Shown here in pieces: positions 52,201 to 64,000 of a stretch of 64,000 nt of DNA. Location: the NCBI GenBank assembly GCA_044892525.1, contig CM097887.1, positions 101,906,397 through 101,970,396 of the forward strand. The letters run 5' to 3'. Position 1 is the stretch's first letter, and every line of letters starts with the position of its first letter. The notes beneath the pieces were generated by a model that saw nothing but the letters and a program-made list of their open reading frames with translations, searched no databases and had not been told where the DNA came from. Source of the stretch: Schmidtea polychroa (Eukaryota). Made by a program: the position numbers and the translations under genes.

Positions 52201-53148
52201 CCAATGACACCACTCAAATTGAATAATACTCATCTGCATCCGATACTTCCGGTAAATTTGATTACAAAATCTTGACGAACAATACAAAATAAAACATCCT
52301 CGGTTGAGTTTAAAAACGAATATAGAGAAAAAAAGCCATTAATCAAAATTTTAAGAAAATTTTTACAATACATTGGAAAAAGTGAATGAAATTGACCGTA
52401 CCTTCAAAATAAGATATCAAAACTGCAATATTGCGATATTGCCGTAGTAAATTATAAAAAAAAATTAAAAATCGGAGTCGGAGCCAGAATCGGTAAATTT
52501 TGAAACGACTCCACAGCCCTTAAAGAAATACTAATTAATTATTTGAAATACACTTATTCACTTAAATAATAAACAAACTATTCGAGTTTGACATGCATGG
52601 TAACAACTTGTTAAGCTGGGATAAAATAATTTAATTTTTTTCGAATTTCGGATTTTCGTGGTTTAAATTTTAAATTTTAAATTAAATTACAAGATAAATT
52701 GATGAAGTTAGGTATATAAAGACCGGAAAATTTTGGACAATTGCCATAACAGCCGAAGAAAGAAAGTTGTAAAAACGAAGATTAAAGAACCAACATTCAA
52801 AGAGGTATTTTTCTTATTGACTTTATCAGATTCGTCTACTTGAGATGGTTTCCCATAGGGTTACCTGGGTATGGAATCAAGTAAAAGTATTTTATTTTCG
52901 TGTGAAAATCAGAACATTTGTGATTTTGTAGTAAAAATTAAACTTATTGTGTTGAGTTGCTTACTTTGCTGAAGAGCACGAGAGATTGGATTTAAGCTCT
53001 TTCCTATCGAATAGAAAAAATTACTAAACATACAATTTTTGCATTTTCTCGTTAAATCGAAGTAGAGTTTTCGGAATTAGATTCGAAATTTTATCTTACA
53101 TTTTATTTTCAAATAATTATTAATAAAACTTTTAAATGGCGTTGTACC

Positions 53149-53402
53149 CAGTGGCGTAATTAGTGGACGCTAGACCCTGCGTTGCGGTGGCCCACCAGCT
53201 ATAGGGGGCCCAAAATTATTACTAAAAAATATTTACAATCATTTTCTAAAACATTTTTCCCGCAGTTATATTTGCCTACAAACATAAAACTATCGTTGAA
53301 TAGCGGCTGCTGTGAAGTCCATGTATTAAACTTTAACCGAAAAAGTTAATTGGAAATATTTTAAATTACGCGAGGGGCCCAAATTTTGAAGTTCCGCCAC
53401 TG
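53149..53402. mobile_element. hAT-type MITE, 254 bp
   Basis: TIR cagtggcg/cgccactg; perfect 8-bp TSD gttgtacc (53141-53148 and 53403-53410). Confidence 0.92.
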
Positions 53403-53817
53403 GTTGTACCATATAATTATTAAGACTATTGAAAGTTTATTTGCATTTTTTACTGTGTTGTACACCGGTTACATTCTTTAGGATTTTTATAGTGTGTTGT
53501 AAGTAATTGTAACATACAATACAGACAATTTATTTGTTATTTGGCCATTTTATCAGACTATTTTAATTTTAGTTATAAATAACTTTAATTATTGCCAGCA
53601 AATAATAAAAAGTTTTGAAAATTTATTTATAATTTCAAATTTTTTAAAAATATTTTCAAAAATATGTATTTTCAATTTTCGAAAATGTTATTCATTGTGT
53701 TTATTTAGTTTTATTACGTTTTCAATTTCTATATTAAATGATGTTTTTCTATGAAATATCAAATGTAACTCGGTAAACAAGAAATCAGTGCATAATTTTT
53801 ATTGTAATATTTTCAAA

Positions 53818-54805
53818 CTAATTACAAAGTCCATCAATACAAGTTGTTCCAATGGGACATTTAGAGCAAATATCTCCTACTTGGTATGGCTTCTCGTCGT
53901 TAGTATTACCGCTAATAATAAATTTTAATTAATATTAATGTAAATATAATTTACCCTGGGGCATAGTTGCAGACCAAAAATAAAATTGTTAAGCTCGAAT
54001 ATGGACAACTAGCCACTCCACAACCAAGTTCCTTTGATTTTGCCCACATTAACTGCATAAGAATAATATTAGAATGTTAAATATTATTTCTTTTCGAAAT
54101 GGTTATAACAATATACTGAAATTTTAGAAATAGAATAAAAATATCAAAATAATTTTTTCTCATAATTATTTTTCAATGAATATTTAATTTGATTATATTT
54201 TTTTAAAATAATTTCTAAATAATTAATTTATTAAATTTCAAAAGAATTTTTCCGTATAAAAATATAATTTATTAATTTAACATGAATTTAACAGTTACTT
54301 GTGTATAATGTCCACAAGATATTCCCGAGCAAGTACCAGAAGTATAAGAATATCCTGTAACTTCATTAAACCAAAGTTCGATACCCCTAAAAAATATTAA
54401 ATATAACATTTATATATAATTTACTTTGATATATTTTGTCCACTGAACATAGCTATGTTTTGTCCAACCCATTGGTAATCCCCATATGTCCGATCGCTCA
54501 TTGAATCATGGGAGAATGAACATTTATCTGCTAATGCCTGTGCTTTTGAAGCGGAATCAGAACTCCAAATCTGAATGAACAAAGTTATAAAAATAATAAA
54601 AATAATTTTTAAAATAATTTACTAATTTCAACATATCAGCTGCAGGTGGTTGACTTGTAACAAGACCTTTCGATACAATTTGCCTAAAACTGTTGTGAGC
54701 TTCCAGAAGTTGAGTTTTTTTATCTTCCGAAAGATCTCCATAACATAAAAAGAGATTACTTAGAATTACAACAATTGCAAGGATTGTATTATTCATTTCA
54801 GTCAT
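53818..54805 (-). CDS. Secreted CAP/SCP (VAL) protein, copy 2 (left palindrome arm); ATG at 54805 or 54796
   Basis: Reverse complement of copy 3; five exons; about 199 aa from the second ATG. Confidence 0.92.
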
Positions 54806-55534
54806 GAATTCGACAGACAATTATCACCAATTTATACATTTTCCCTTTTCGGTGATTGACTTGTTCAATCTGCTGTTTCATCTGTTTCCTTTTTTGTTAT
54901 GGAAAAGTTAAGCACGCAATTTTTAAATGAATAATTTTGTCAAATGTTCAAATATTGGAAAATAAAGTGTTTTCAATAGAAAAAATAATTTCAAAAGATG
55001 AAAACATTTTACTATAAAAGAATTCTATGAAATAATTGAGATTATGATAGGTAAAGAACAAAGGTACATTGTCACCCCTTTCATATCTTATGATGTAATA
55101 ATTTTTCATTATTTTACTGTAATTATTTCTTAAATTACTTTTGGACCTATAATCCTAATTTGGTTTTCTTTGCATGAGAGCATTTTAAAAAATTTGAAAA
55201 TCTTCTCTGATTCTCCTACTCTCATGTGAACCATACAGAACAAAGACCATCTAACCATGAAAAAATGGTCTTACAAAAATAAAAATTATATAATCTAAAT
55301 CAGAAAACTATTCCAAGACGTTTTCATCATAATAACTTTGAGCAGACCATCATTAATGGTTGAAAAATCGATTTTTAAATTTTAATTAAAAAACTTTCAC
55401 GTTTCTAATTTAGAAAAACTTAATGTAGATTAAAAAACCTTATAAATGATACATTATATATATTAAAAGAATTTTTTTTCGAATTTCACCACTGATTTCT
55501 TTTCCATCGTATTTATTAAAAAGCTTGAAGTTTT

Positions 55535-55536
<2 letters not shown>

Positions 55537-55608
<72 letters not shown>
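55537..55608. repeat. (AT)n microsatellite at the palindrome centre
   Basis: Direct inspection. Confidence 0.95.
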
Positions 55609-55610
<2 letters not shown>

Positions 55611-56230
55611 ATTCAGTTTTCAAGCTTTTTAATAAACATTACACACACACATATATATATATATATATTTTTTATTTGTACCGAAATTCAAATAAGTAAG
55701 TTTTCTATATCCTAATAATTATTAAAACAAATTTGGTATTTCAACAGATATTTTTTAACAAAGAATATTGGAATATTTTTCTGATTCAGAATATATAATT
55801 TTATTTTTGTAAGACCATTTCATCTTAAAATATGAAAGGGGTGACAAGGTACCTTTGATCTAGATGGCTCACATGTCTTTACTGTTTACATTTCTAAATT
55901 TTTAATAAAATCCATTTTAAATAAAAAGAGATTTTGAACTAATTTATTACTTGCTAAATATATCATGTAAATAAAGAAAGGAAACCTATCATAATCTCAA
56001 TTATTTCATAGAATTCTTTTATAGTAAAATGTTTTCATCTTTTGAATTTATTTTTTCTATTGAAAACACTTTATTTTCCAATATTTGAACATTTGACAAA
56101 ATTATTCATTTAAAAATTGCGTGCTTAACTTTTCCATAACAAAAAAGGAAACAGATGAAACAGCAGATTGAACAAGTCAATCACCGAAAAGGGAAAATGT
56201 ATAAATTGGTGATAATTGTCTGTCGAATTC

Positions 56231-57218
56231 ATGACTGAAATGAATAATACAATCCTTGCAATTGTTGTAATTCTAAGTAATCTCTTTTTATGTTATGGAG
56301 ATCTTTCGGAAGATAAAAAAACTCAACTTCTGGAAGCTCACAACAGTTTTAGGCAAATTGTATCGAAAGGTCTTGTTACAAGTCAACCACCTGCAGCTGA
56401 TATGTTGAAATTAGTAAATTATTTTAAAAATTATTTTTATTATTTTTATAACTTTGTTCATTCAGATTTGGAGTTCTGATTCCGCTTCAAAAGCACAGGC
56501 ATTAGCAGATAAATGTTCATTCTCCCATGATTCAATGAGCGATCGGACATATGGGGATTACCAATGGGTTGGACAAAACATAGCTATGTTCAGTGGACAA
56601 AATATATCAAAGTAAATTATATATAAATGTTATATTTAATATTTTTTAGGGGTATCGAACTTTGGTTTAATGAAGTTACAGGATATTCTTATACTTCTGG
56701 TACTTGCTCGGGAATATCTTGTGGACATTATACACAAGTAACTGTTAAATTCATGTTAAATTAATAAATTATATTTTTATACGGAAAAATTCTTTTGAAA
56801 TTTAATAAATTAATTATTTAGAAATTATTTAAAAAAAATATAATCAAATTAAATATTCATTGAAAAATAATTATGAGAAAAAATTATTTTGATATTTTTA
56901 TTCTATTTTTAAAATTTCAGTATATTGTTATAACCATTTCGAAAAGAAATAATATTTAACATTCTAATATTATTCTTATGCAGTTAATGTGGGCAAAATC
57001 AAAGGAACTTGGTTGTGGAGTGGCTAGTTGTCCATATTCGAGCTTAACAATTTTATTTTTGGTCTGCAACTATGCCCCAGGGTAAATTATATTTACATTA
57101 ATATTAATTAAAATTTATTATTAGCGGTAATACTAACGACGAGAAGCCATACCAAGTAGGAGATATTTGCTCTAAATGTCCCATTGGAACAACTTGTATT
57201 GATGGACTTTGTAATTAG
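56231..57218 (+). CDS. Secreted CAP/SCP (VAL) protein, copy 3; exons 56231/56240-56413, 56466-56611, 56650-56737, 56984-57081, 57125-57218
   Basis: AHNSFRQ, FSHD, WVGQNIA, WFNE, CGHYTQ, LMWAKS..LGCG, VCNYAPGGN and CSKCPIGTTCIDGLCN*; GT-AG introns of 52, 38, 246 and 43 bp. Confidence 0.93.
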
Positions 57219-57706
57219 TTTGAAAATATTACAATAAAAATTATGCACTGATTTCTTGTTTACCGAGTTACATTTGATATTTCATAGAAAAACATCATTT
57301 AATATAGAAATTGAAAACGTAATAAAACTAAATAAACACAATGAATAACATTTTCGAAAATTAAATAATCAATAAATTGTAAACATCGAAGCCCCTAAGG
57401 CGTAGAGTGTGAAAAAGTAATTTTAATCCTGTAGAATTGAATTAACATTTGGAAAATTAATCACCCGACTTTATAAAATAATAATGCTTAGTATTTCTAG
57501 TCAAAGAGTAATGAGCTTAAGCAGAAAAATCAACATTTCAAAAGATTTCTACATGATGATAATATAAATGCGTTGAAAGCATCTTATTTGGTCAGTAGTC
57601 GCGTTGCCAAAGTAATTTTGGGCAAACCATGGGCCAAGGATATCGCTTATTGCATGATATTAGAAAAACATGTTCAGATGGTGTATTAAGAGAAACCATG
57701 TCATCT

Positions 57707-58088
57707 GCGCGGACGTCAATTGCGCGGGTCNNNNNNNNNNNNNNNNNNNNNNNNNNNNNNNNNNNNNNNNNNNNNNNNNNNNNNNNNNNNNNNNNNNNNN
57801 NNNNNNNNNNNNNNNNNNNNNNNNNNNNNNNNNNNNNNNNNNNNNNNNNNNNNNNNNNNNNNNNNNNNNNNNNNNNNNNNNNNNNNNNNNNNNNNNNNNN
57901 NNNNNNNNNNNNNNNNNNNNNNNNNNNNNNACTCCGAGTCTATCCGACAAAATATTTTGTCCCCCTATGGGTAATGCTCACAAGGGTACTGCTCACGCTC
58001 AACAACTCACAAGGGTATTATTAAACAATTGACTACCCGCGCAGTTGGACCCGCGCAATTGGCGTCCGCGCAATTGACGTGCTACGGT
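57707..58088. mobile_element. Foldback-type element with inverted ends built from caattgcgcgg subrepeats; spans a gap
   Basis: Left tgcgcggacgtcaattgcgcgggtc is the near reverse complement of right gacccgcgcaattggcgtccgcgca. Confidence 0.55.
57731..57930. other. Assembly gap
   Basis: Run of N. Confidence 1.
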
Positions 58089-58089
58089 A

Positions 58090-59293
58090 TTAAGAACATG
58101 GCAAAATAAAAAACATGACAATGCTTGGTAGTTTGAAAAGCACGGCTGTGCTAATAAAAAAGAAGTATCCTTACGTTAGGGATAATCATTGCAGTCTTCA
58201 TTGACAAGGTCTTAATGAATTGTTCTTAATGATTGTGTAAAAATTATAAATGTTATCAAATTAATGTCGTTGAATTCGAACATGTTTGTTATGTAAAAAT
58301 AAGGGAAGTATAAAACATTATTGCCTCACACAGAAGTTCAATGGTTGTCTCGTGGTAAAATATGTATAAGATTTTTTCACTTACGAGATGAAATCAGATT
58401 GTGTTTTACTGACCATTCACATGAATTATCTCATAAATTAAATGCTACGAAATGGATTCAACAAACGGCTTATCTTTCAGATATTTTTTTCTTATTTTAA
58501 TGAAGTAAACCTTCCTCTTCAAACCTTCATTTTCAAAGTTCAAAATAAAATAAATGCAACTATAATGAAATAAAAATTTTGGGGAAATTATATTTTGAGA
58601 GGAAATACTGAATATTTTTTTAATTTACATGATTTTTTAGTCATCGGTAAATCTGAACTTAATGAAAATGTTAAAAAAATATTTATCGCTGCATTTATCA
58701 GATTTACAAAATACTCATCCTGTATATCTTGATTGAGCTTAAAATTCATTTGTAGAATATTGTGATGCCTACCAATTACCAATAAAGGAAAGAGAACAAA
58801 TCAATATTTCAACTGATTCCACATTAAAAATAAAAAGGTTTTGGAGGAGAGATTTTGAATTTTTGATTTCAAATTTTTTCACAATGTCCTTAGCATGCAA
58901 AAAGAACTATTACACATCTGATGCCATTTGTCAACACTTATATGTGTGAAAGATCTTTCTCTCTTAAATATTGCCACAAAATCCAAATATAAAAATAGAT
59001 TAGACGCAGAAGATGACAAAAGGTTGCAAATAACAAGAATCATACCAGTTTTTAATATAATTTGTAATAAAATATAGGCTCAACCTAGTCATTGAGTACA
59101 TTTTTATTTCAAATTTTTATTAATTGTTTTTCATATTAAAATTATATAAAAACTTATATAAAATTATATTAAAAAATAAAATTTTACAACATAAATTTGT
59201 GTTTTCGCTCGATATTTTTTGAAAATTGGGGTATCAATCAATAATAACATTAACAGAAGGCTTCTGATGGTCGTGAAAGGTTGAAGATCGGTG
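58090..59293 (+). mobile_element. Degenerate hAT (Buster-like) transposon, 3' half
   Basis: HCSLH, LLPHTEVQWLSRGK, YLSDIF and TKSKYKNRLDAEDD...AQPSH* motifs; TIR-like ggttgaagatcggtg at 59279-59293. Confidence 0.85.
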
Positions 59294-59352
59294 ATTTAGA
59301 TTATTAAAATAAATTTAAATTAAAAATGGTTTTTGCAAATTTATATTAAAAA

Positions 59353-60659
59353 TCAAATGCACAGTGAATTGATACACTTTGTTTCACTTGGACATTTCGA
59401 GCATGTTGGTCCGCTTGCATATGGAGATTGGTTGTTAAAATTTCCTCTAAAAAGTATATAAATAAAATTATAAAAATGTAAATGGTTATATCTACCCTGT
59501 TCCATAATTGCATACAAGTAATATTACATTCCATTTTAAATGTTTGCATTTACTTGCACCACACCCAAGCTCTTTAGAATCAGCCCATATAACCTACGTT
59601 ATTTTATGTAATAATTAAGAAAATGGAATAATTAAATAAAGCAAGATTAAAACAATGTATAATTATAATTAGATATAAATCAAATGATCCTATTAATCCA
59701 TTAGTCTTGTTTTGACAGTTAGTTTCTGTATGCTTAATTAATTTGTTGCGATGGCATCTATTTTGAACAATAGTAGAGGAAGTTTGCATTCCTTAAATTC
59801 CACAGTAAATGCACAAACACGAAATTATATAAAAAATAATCTTAAAAAATTGAAGCAAAAATGCTACATAAAACGTCATTTAATTATCTTATGAAGTTTC
59901 AGAATATTCATCATTTTATATTTATCTGAAAAAAATTATTTATTAATTAAAAATTGACTTTTTATGTTCAATACTTAATGGTCAAAAGTTTCTAGTAAAA
60001 ACAAAATGGAAGCAATATTTTCAATATACAAAGTTACCCTCGAGATTTGAAATGATTAATGGCATCAGTTAAAAAATTTTGAAAATTATATAACAGGAGT
60101 GTAATTTATAATTCAAAAGCAATTAAAAATACTTGGGTATAATGACCACATGTTTTAATTGAGCATGAATTGTTTGAAAATGTGTATCCGGAATTTTCTT
60201 TGTACCACATTTCTACTCCCCTTAAAGAAAATAATCTAGAAATTCTTACAAATTAAAATATTACTTCACAAAATTGGTATCGGTAAACATGGCAATATTT
60301 TGCCCAACCCATTCGAAATTTGCATATTTGCGATCTGTCACATTGTCGTGGTTAAATTTGCATAAGTTCGCTGTGCGTTGTGCCTTGGAAGCAGATTCGG
60401 AGCTCCATTTCTTAAAAACGTATAATAAATTTAATCTTTTTAAAGCTAATATTCAGAAAATGTTTTATTAATTTTGATGACTTACCATTTTCATCATATT
60501 TGCTGCATTGGGCTGACTTCCTACTTTTCCACTAGCAACTAATTCTCTATACAAGTTATGAGCATCGAGAAGTTGATTCTTTTGTTCTTCACTAAGGTTA
60601 CCCCAGGCAGTCTTGACACAAATAAAAAATAAAGTTGAAATTAAAGTAAGACAATTCAT
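59353..60659 (-). CDS. Secreted CAP/SCP (VAL) protein, copy 4; exons 60659-60486, 60410-60265, 60220-60133, 59593-59496, 59446-59353
   Basis: Signal-peptide-like N-terminus; AHNLYR; FNHD; WVGQNIA; WYKE; CGHYTQ; VIWADSKELGCG; VCNYGTGGN; CSKC...C..SLCI*. Confidence 0.93.
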
Positions 60660-60932
60660 TCTATTATTTATTATAGACTGAGAAATCTCTGAGTTTTTAT
60701 AGAGTTCATGCGTGCATGACCGAACAAGATTTATTAATTTTGTAGGAAATCCAAATTATGTTTTTCATTTATTAAAATTTTTTTCATGATTTTTGAACTT
60801 TCAAACACGCAGACCTATAAGCTTGATTTAATTTATCTCAGTTTAATTGAGTTTTTGTTGAAGAAATGTTACCGATTTAACATAAAATATTAATAAAATT
60901 TGTTGTGAATAACTGTTTTATAAATAGAAATT

Positions 60933-61143
60933 NNNNNNNNNNNNNNNNNNNNNNNNNNNNNNNNNNNNNNNNNNNNNNNNNNNNNNNNNNNNNNNNNNNN
61001 NNNNNNNNNNNNNNNNNNNNNNNNNNNNNNNNNNNNNNNNNNNNNNNNNNNNNNNNNNNNNNNNNNNNNNNNNNNNNNNNNNNNNNNNNNNNNNNNNNNN
61101 NNNNNNNNNNNNNNNNNNNNNNNNNNNNNNNNNNNNNNNNNNN
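60933..61143. other. Assembly gap
   Basis: Run of N. Confidence 1.
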
Positions 61144-61589
61144 AACTTTTCAACATTAGACGCATATAAAAATATAATTGAAATAAATAACTATGGAATC
61201 CTTTTCCGCAAAGGTTCATTCATAGAATAAAATATTTCTGTCTAAAATTTAACAATTATTTCTTCTGCTTTTTGCTCTGATTGAATTTATCTTCTCACTC
61301 ACATAAAATGTTTTAAAGTCTCAAAATTCAAATTTTTTAAAATTCATCAAATGCCAATTGTTTAATAAATTGTTTTAATTCAGTTTGTGACCAAAATATT
61401 AGCAAATATAAGCTTAAGATATTATAATATCCACAAATTTCTTGACCTGAAATCGAATTGTAATTTACCTTAATAAAAATCAAGTATCTTAGTAATATTT
61501 AAAATATGCTAATGTTTAAAATGTGTATTAAGCGGTAATTTAAACCTTTACTCCAGGGTCTTGTTTTCAGATATTTGAGAACAATATAG

Positions 61590-61700
61590 AACTAGGAAGA
61601 TTTAATATCATACAATAAAATTGTTGTGCCTGGTGGCATCAGGCACTCAATCTTGATACTCTAAGGATCATCAACTTGCTAAAATCCATGGTCCTGGAAA
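61590..61700 (-). pseudogene. Possible pogo/Tigger-like transposase relic
   Basis: SIKIECLMPPGTTILLYDIK resembles the pogo 'FLPPNTTS.LQPLD' motif; short and riddled with stops. Confidence 0.3.
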
Positions 61701-62832
61701 ACTATTTCGTGGTCTCATTGCAAGCACCGTGGTGAAAATCATCACGTCTGTTGTGTTTACACAACACATCTAGATTCTAGAAGAACGACACCAGTAATGA
61801 TTTATCACTAATGATTTACAAATACTGAATTCTAATATATCAGCACTGAACTCAAGTGAATTAGAATGAAATGCGGTTTTTTTAATAACCTACAATCATC
61901 CAACCGGAGGGGGGTTAATAATGATGATGACAGTGTTGATTAATGGAAAATAAAACAATTTTGAAAGAATGAGGAGTTTGTCAAAATAAAAGTCCAAATG
62001 TGCTTAATAAATCCAAGACCATACATTAATTGGAAAAGGCTGCTCAAGTTTTTAAAAGATCACAGTAATTCTTAAGACATAACAATACAACTGCTGATAC
62101 TAAGGCAGGACGATGATTAAATCTCTGAACGCAGTTGCATTTAAACCAGTCTAAACTGAATGGCTTAGAAAGATTGCTGTTTAAAATTTGATAATAAAGT
62201 TGCAGTCTATTCTTGATCTAATCCTTGCGCATGTATGCGTGAACACAGGTTATAAAAAAGACACACAAACGAATTTGTTTTTTTACAAATTACTGAAACT
62301 CAGATGTTCTTTAATGACAAAATATACTTTTACTTGTAAAACTTGTTTATATTTTACTTGTAATATAATTTTAAAAATACTTTATCATAGCAAGTTAAAA
62401 ACATCGTTACGTCGATTATCTACAGACTATACAATACTCGAAAATTTTTACTTTTAATATAAAATGTTACACTAAACAAATTTTAAACGACAGTTGTATA
62501 ATGTGTAAAAGTTTCAACATATTTGGCAACTGTGATAAATGTGTAATGTTCGACCATTACTTCTAAATTATTATTCATTAATTCAATTAATGTCATTGCA
62601 GGTACATTAAAATTTGTAAATATTAATAAAAATAATATCTGCATAATTGCAAAACATAATGTTTATTATGAAAATAATTCTAATTTCAATATATAAAATT
62701 TTCATTATGTGTGGTTTGTTTATATCTATCAGAAATAATTTATATCTTCACACGGAGGACATTATTTATATTACCAGTGATATATCTAATTTTTAATCAC
62801 ATTTAGACTGTATTTAAAACTTGTTGACCATA

Positions 62833-63592
62833 ATGGATGAATTTGAATCTGATCCTCAATATAAATTTGTAAGTTAATTAATTTAAATATATTTAAGGTA
62901 TTGAGTATTTATTCTTTTCTGAATAAGGATGAAAAGGAAGAAAATATTCGAGGTAAGAATATAATAATATTGATAGGTTAATTATATCTTATCTAATTAG
63001 CTAACTATGAAAAGCCAACTGAGAATGAAACTTCTTACGTTATTCAAGAAATATGTGAAAATACAGATGTCGAAATTACATCATTAAGTCATACAGATTA
63101 TGAAAAAAATTCTAACAATGTATATTTTTGTAGTAAAATTACAAAATAATTTCAAGTTAAAATAGGATTATATTGATTCAAATGTTGAAAACTTGGCTGA
63201 TTTTAGTTCTACAATAAAGGACTCGAGTTTAGGTTCAAGTGATGTAATTATGTTTGACAACTAATTTTTAATTAAATTTTATTCAAGAAAAATTTGGATT
63301 TATGCTTGATTTGCGAATCAAAAATTTATCCAATGGAAAAGTTGACAGTTGACGGTCGATTATATCACAAGGGTTGTTTTCGATGTTCAAAATGCAAAAC
63401 CGTTTTATCGTAAATTATTCAATTTATTTTGAATAGCTATGATTTTCACCATTGTTCGTTTGTTAAGAAATTTTTATTACTTAGTTTTGATTAATTAAAA
63501 ATAATTTTCATATTTTAGAGTTACAAATTTCAATCTTAGCAACAACTCTATTTATTGTAAAATTCATTTTATGGAGCTATTCAAAATTAGAG
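62833..63592 (+). CDS. LIM-domain protein of the EPLIN/LIMA1-LIMD2 type, partial; 3' end not found in the window
   Basis: Spliced CLICESKIYPMEKLTVDGRLYHKGCFRCSKCKTVLSVTNFNLSNNSIYCKIHFMELFKIRG is a complete LIM double zinc finger with the 'VYPMER...HF.QLFK.KG' signature. It is preceded by acidic short exons; the start ATG is uncertain. Confidence 0.85.
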
Positions 63593-64000
63593 GTATGTTT
63601 TTCATTTTTATTAATTGAATTTTCACCTTTTTAATATAAACACTAAGACTCATGTAAATTTCTCTTAACAATTTCGAATAAAAACCACCACCTACAAATT
63701 GCTTTTATTAAAGTATAATCATAATCGCAATATAATCAACAAAAACTTAAGTTTCATAATTTAATTGTATTTGTTCTCTGTATTACACAAAGTGAGTAAA
63801 AAAAATACATGAAATTTTCAACGATTATACTGTTATAAGAGTTAAGAAAAGTATGACATTTTTATTGCAATTTTAACGAAAAAGTATTGGTATTTTATTT
63901 ATCTTTTCAAAAGAATTTGTATATTCGACTGCCTTATATTCAATAAAATATGATATTTTTGATATAATTTTATCTTGTAGTCTTTGAAAATGCATTTTTA

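Larger units (their letters stand above)
53674..57362. repeat. Large inverted repeat: arms 53674-55052 and 55984-57362 (1379 bp each) with 931-bp spacer
   Basis: Direct reverse-complement comparison; at least 3 non-coding substitutions seen between arms. Confidence 0.95.

Noticed and set aside
53674-57362. Palindrome as a pure amplification or assembly chimera
   Set aside because: The arms differ by substitutions and the spacer shows old, indel-rich symmetry, which a fresh chimera would not. It is not fully excluded without native long reads.
48846-61219. ORFs containing long X runs at the three gaps
   Set aside because: Artefacts of N runs, apart from the VAL exon 3 portion.
1-64000. Prokaryotic operon, CRISPR array or defence system
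   Set aside because: Genes are spliced eukaryotic genes. The only regular repeats are micro- and minisatellites without unique spacers, and no cas-like ORFs are present.

Overview
Strongly AT-rich eukaryotic (animal) genomic DNA, not prokaryotic. Most introns are very short (about 38-60 bp), a few are inflated by transposons, and there are three N gaps. I reconstructed these host genes by hand from splice sites: the 3' part of WDR1/AIP1 (+, 1028-7423, with a GC-AG intron); an orphan gene with a 1.6-kb exon (-, 7878-11717); an unresolved gene near 27.9-28.5 kb; a coiled-coil plus beta-propeller-like gene with a duplicated exon pair (-, 29655-33263); THOC7 (-, 37106-38607); four secreted CAP/SCP (venom-allergen-like) genes with identical exon sizes (47.3-60.7 kb); and the start of an EPLIN/LIMD2-type LIM gene (+, from 62833). 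Transposon content includes three degenerate Ty3/Gypsy elements, four ~1-kb TG..CA solo-LTR-like inserts with 4-bp TSDs, several hAT transposase relics, and hAT-, pogo- and piggyBac-type MITEs. The most striking structure is a 3.7-kb palindrome. Two nearly identical head-to-head CAP genes form 1379-bp arms around a more diverged, still symmetric spacer centred on an (AT)n tract. The small introns and secreted CAP cluster suggest a compact invertebrate, possibly parasite, genome; this is inference only.
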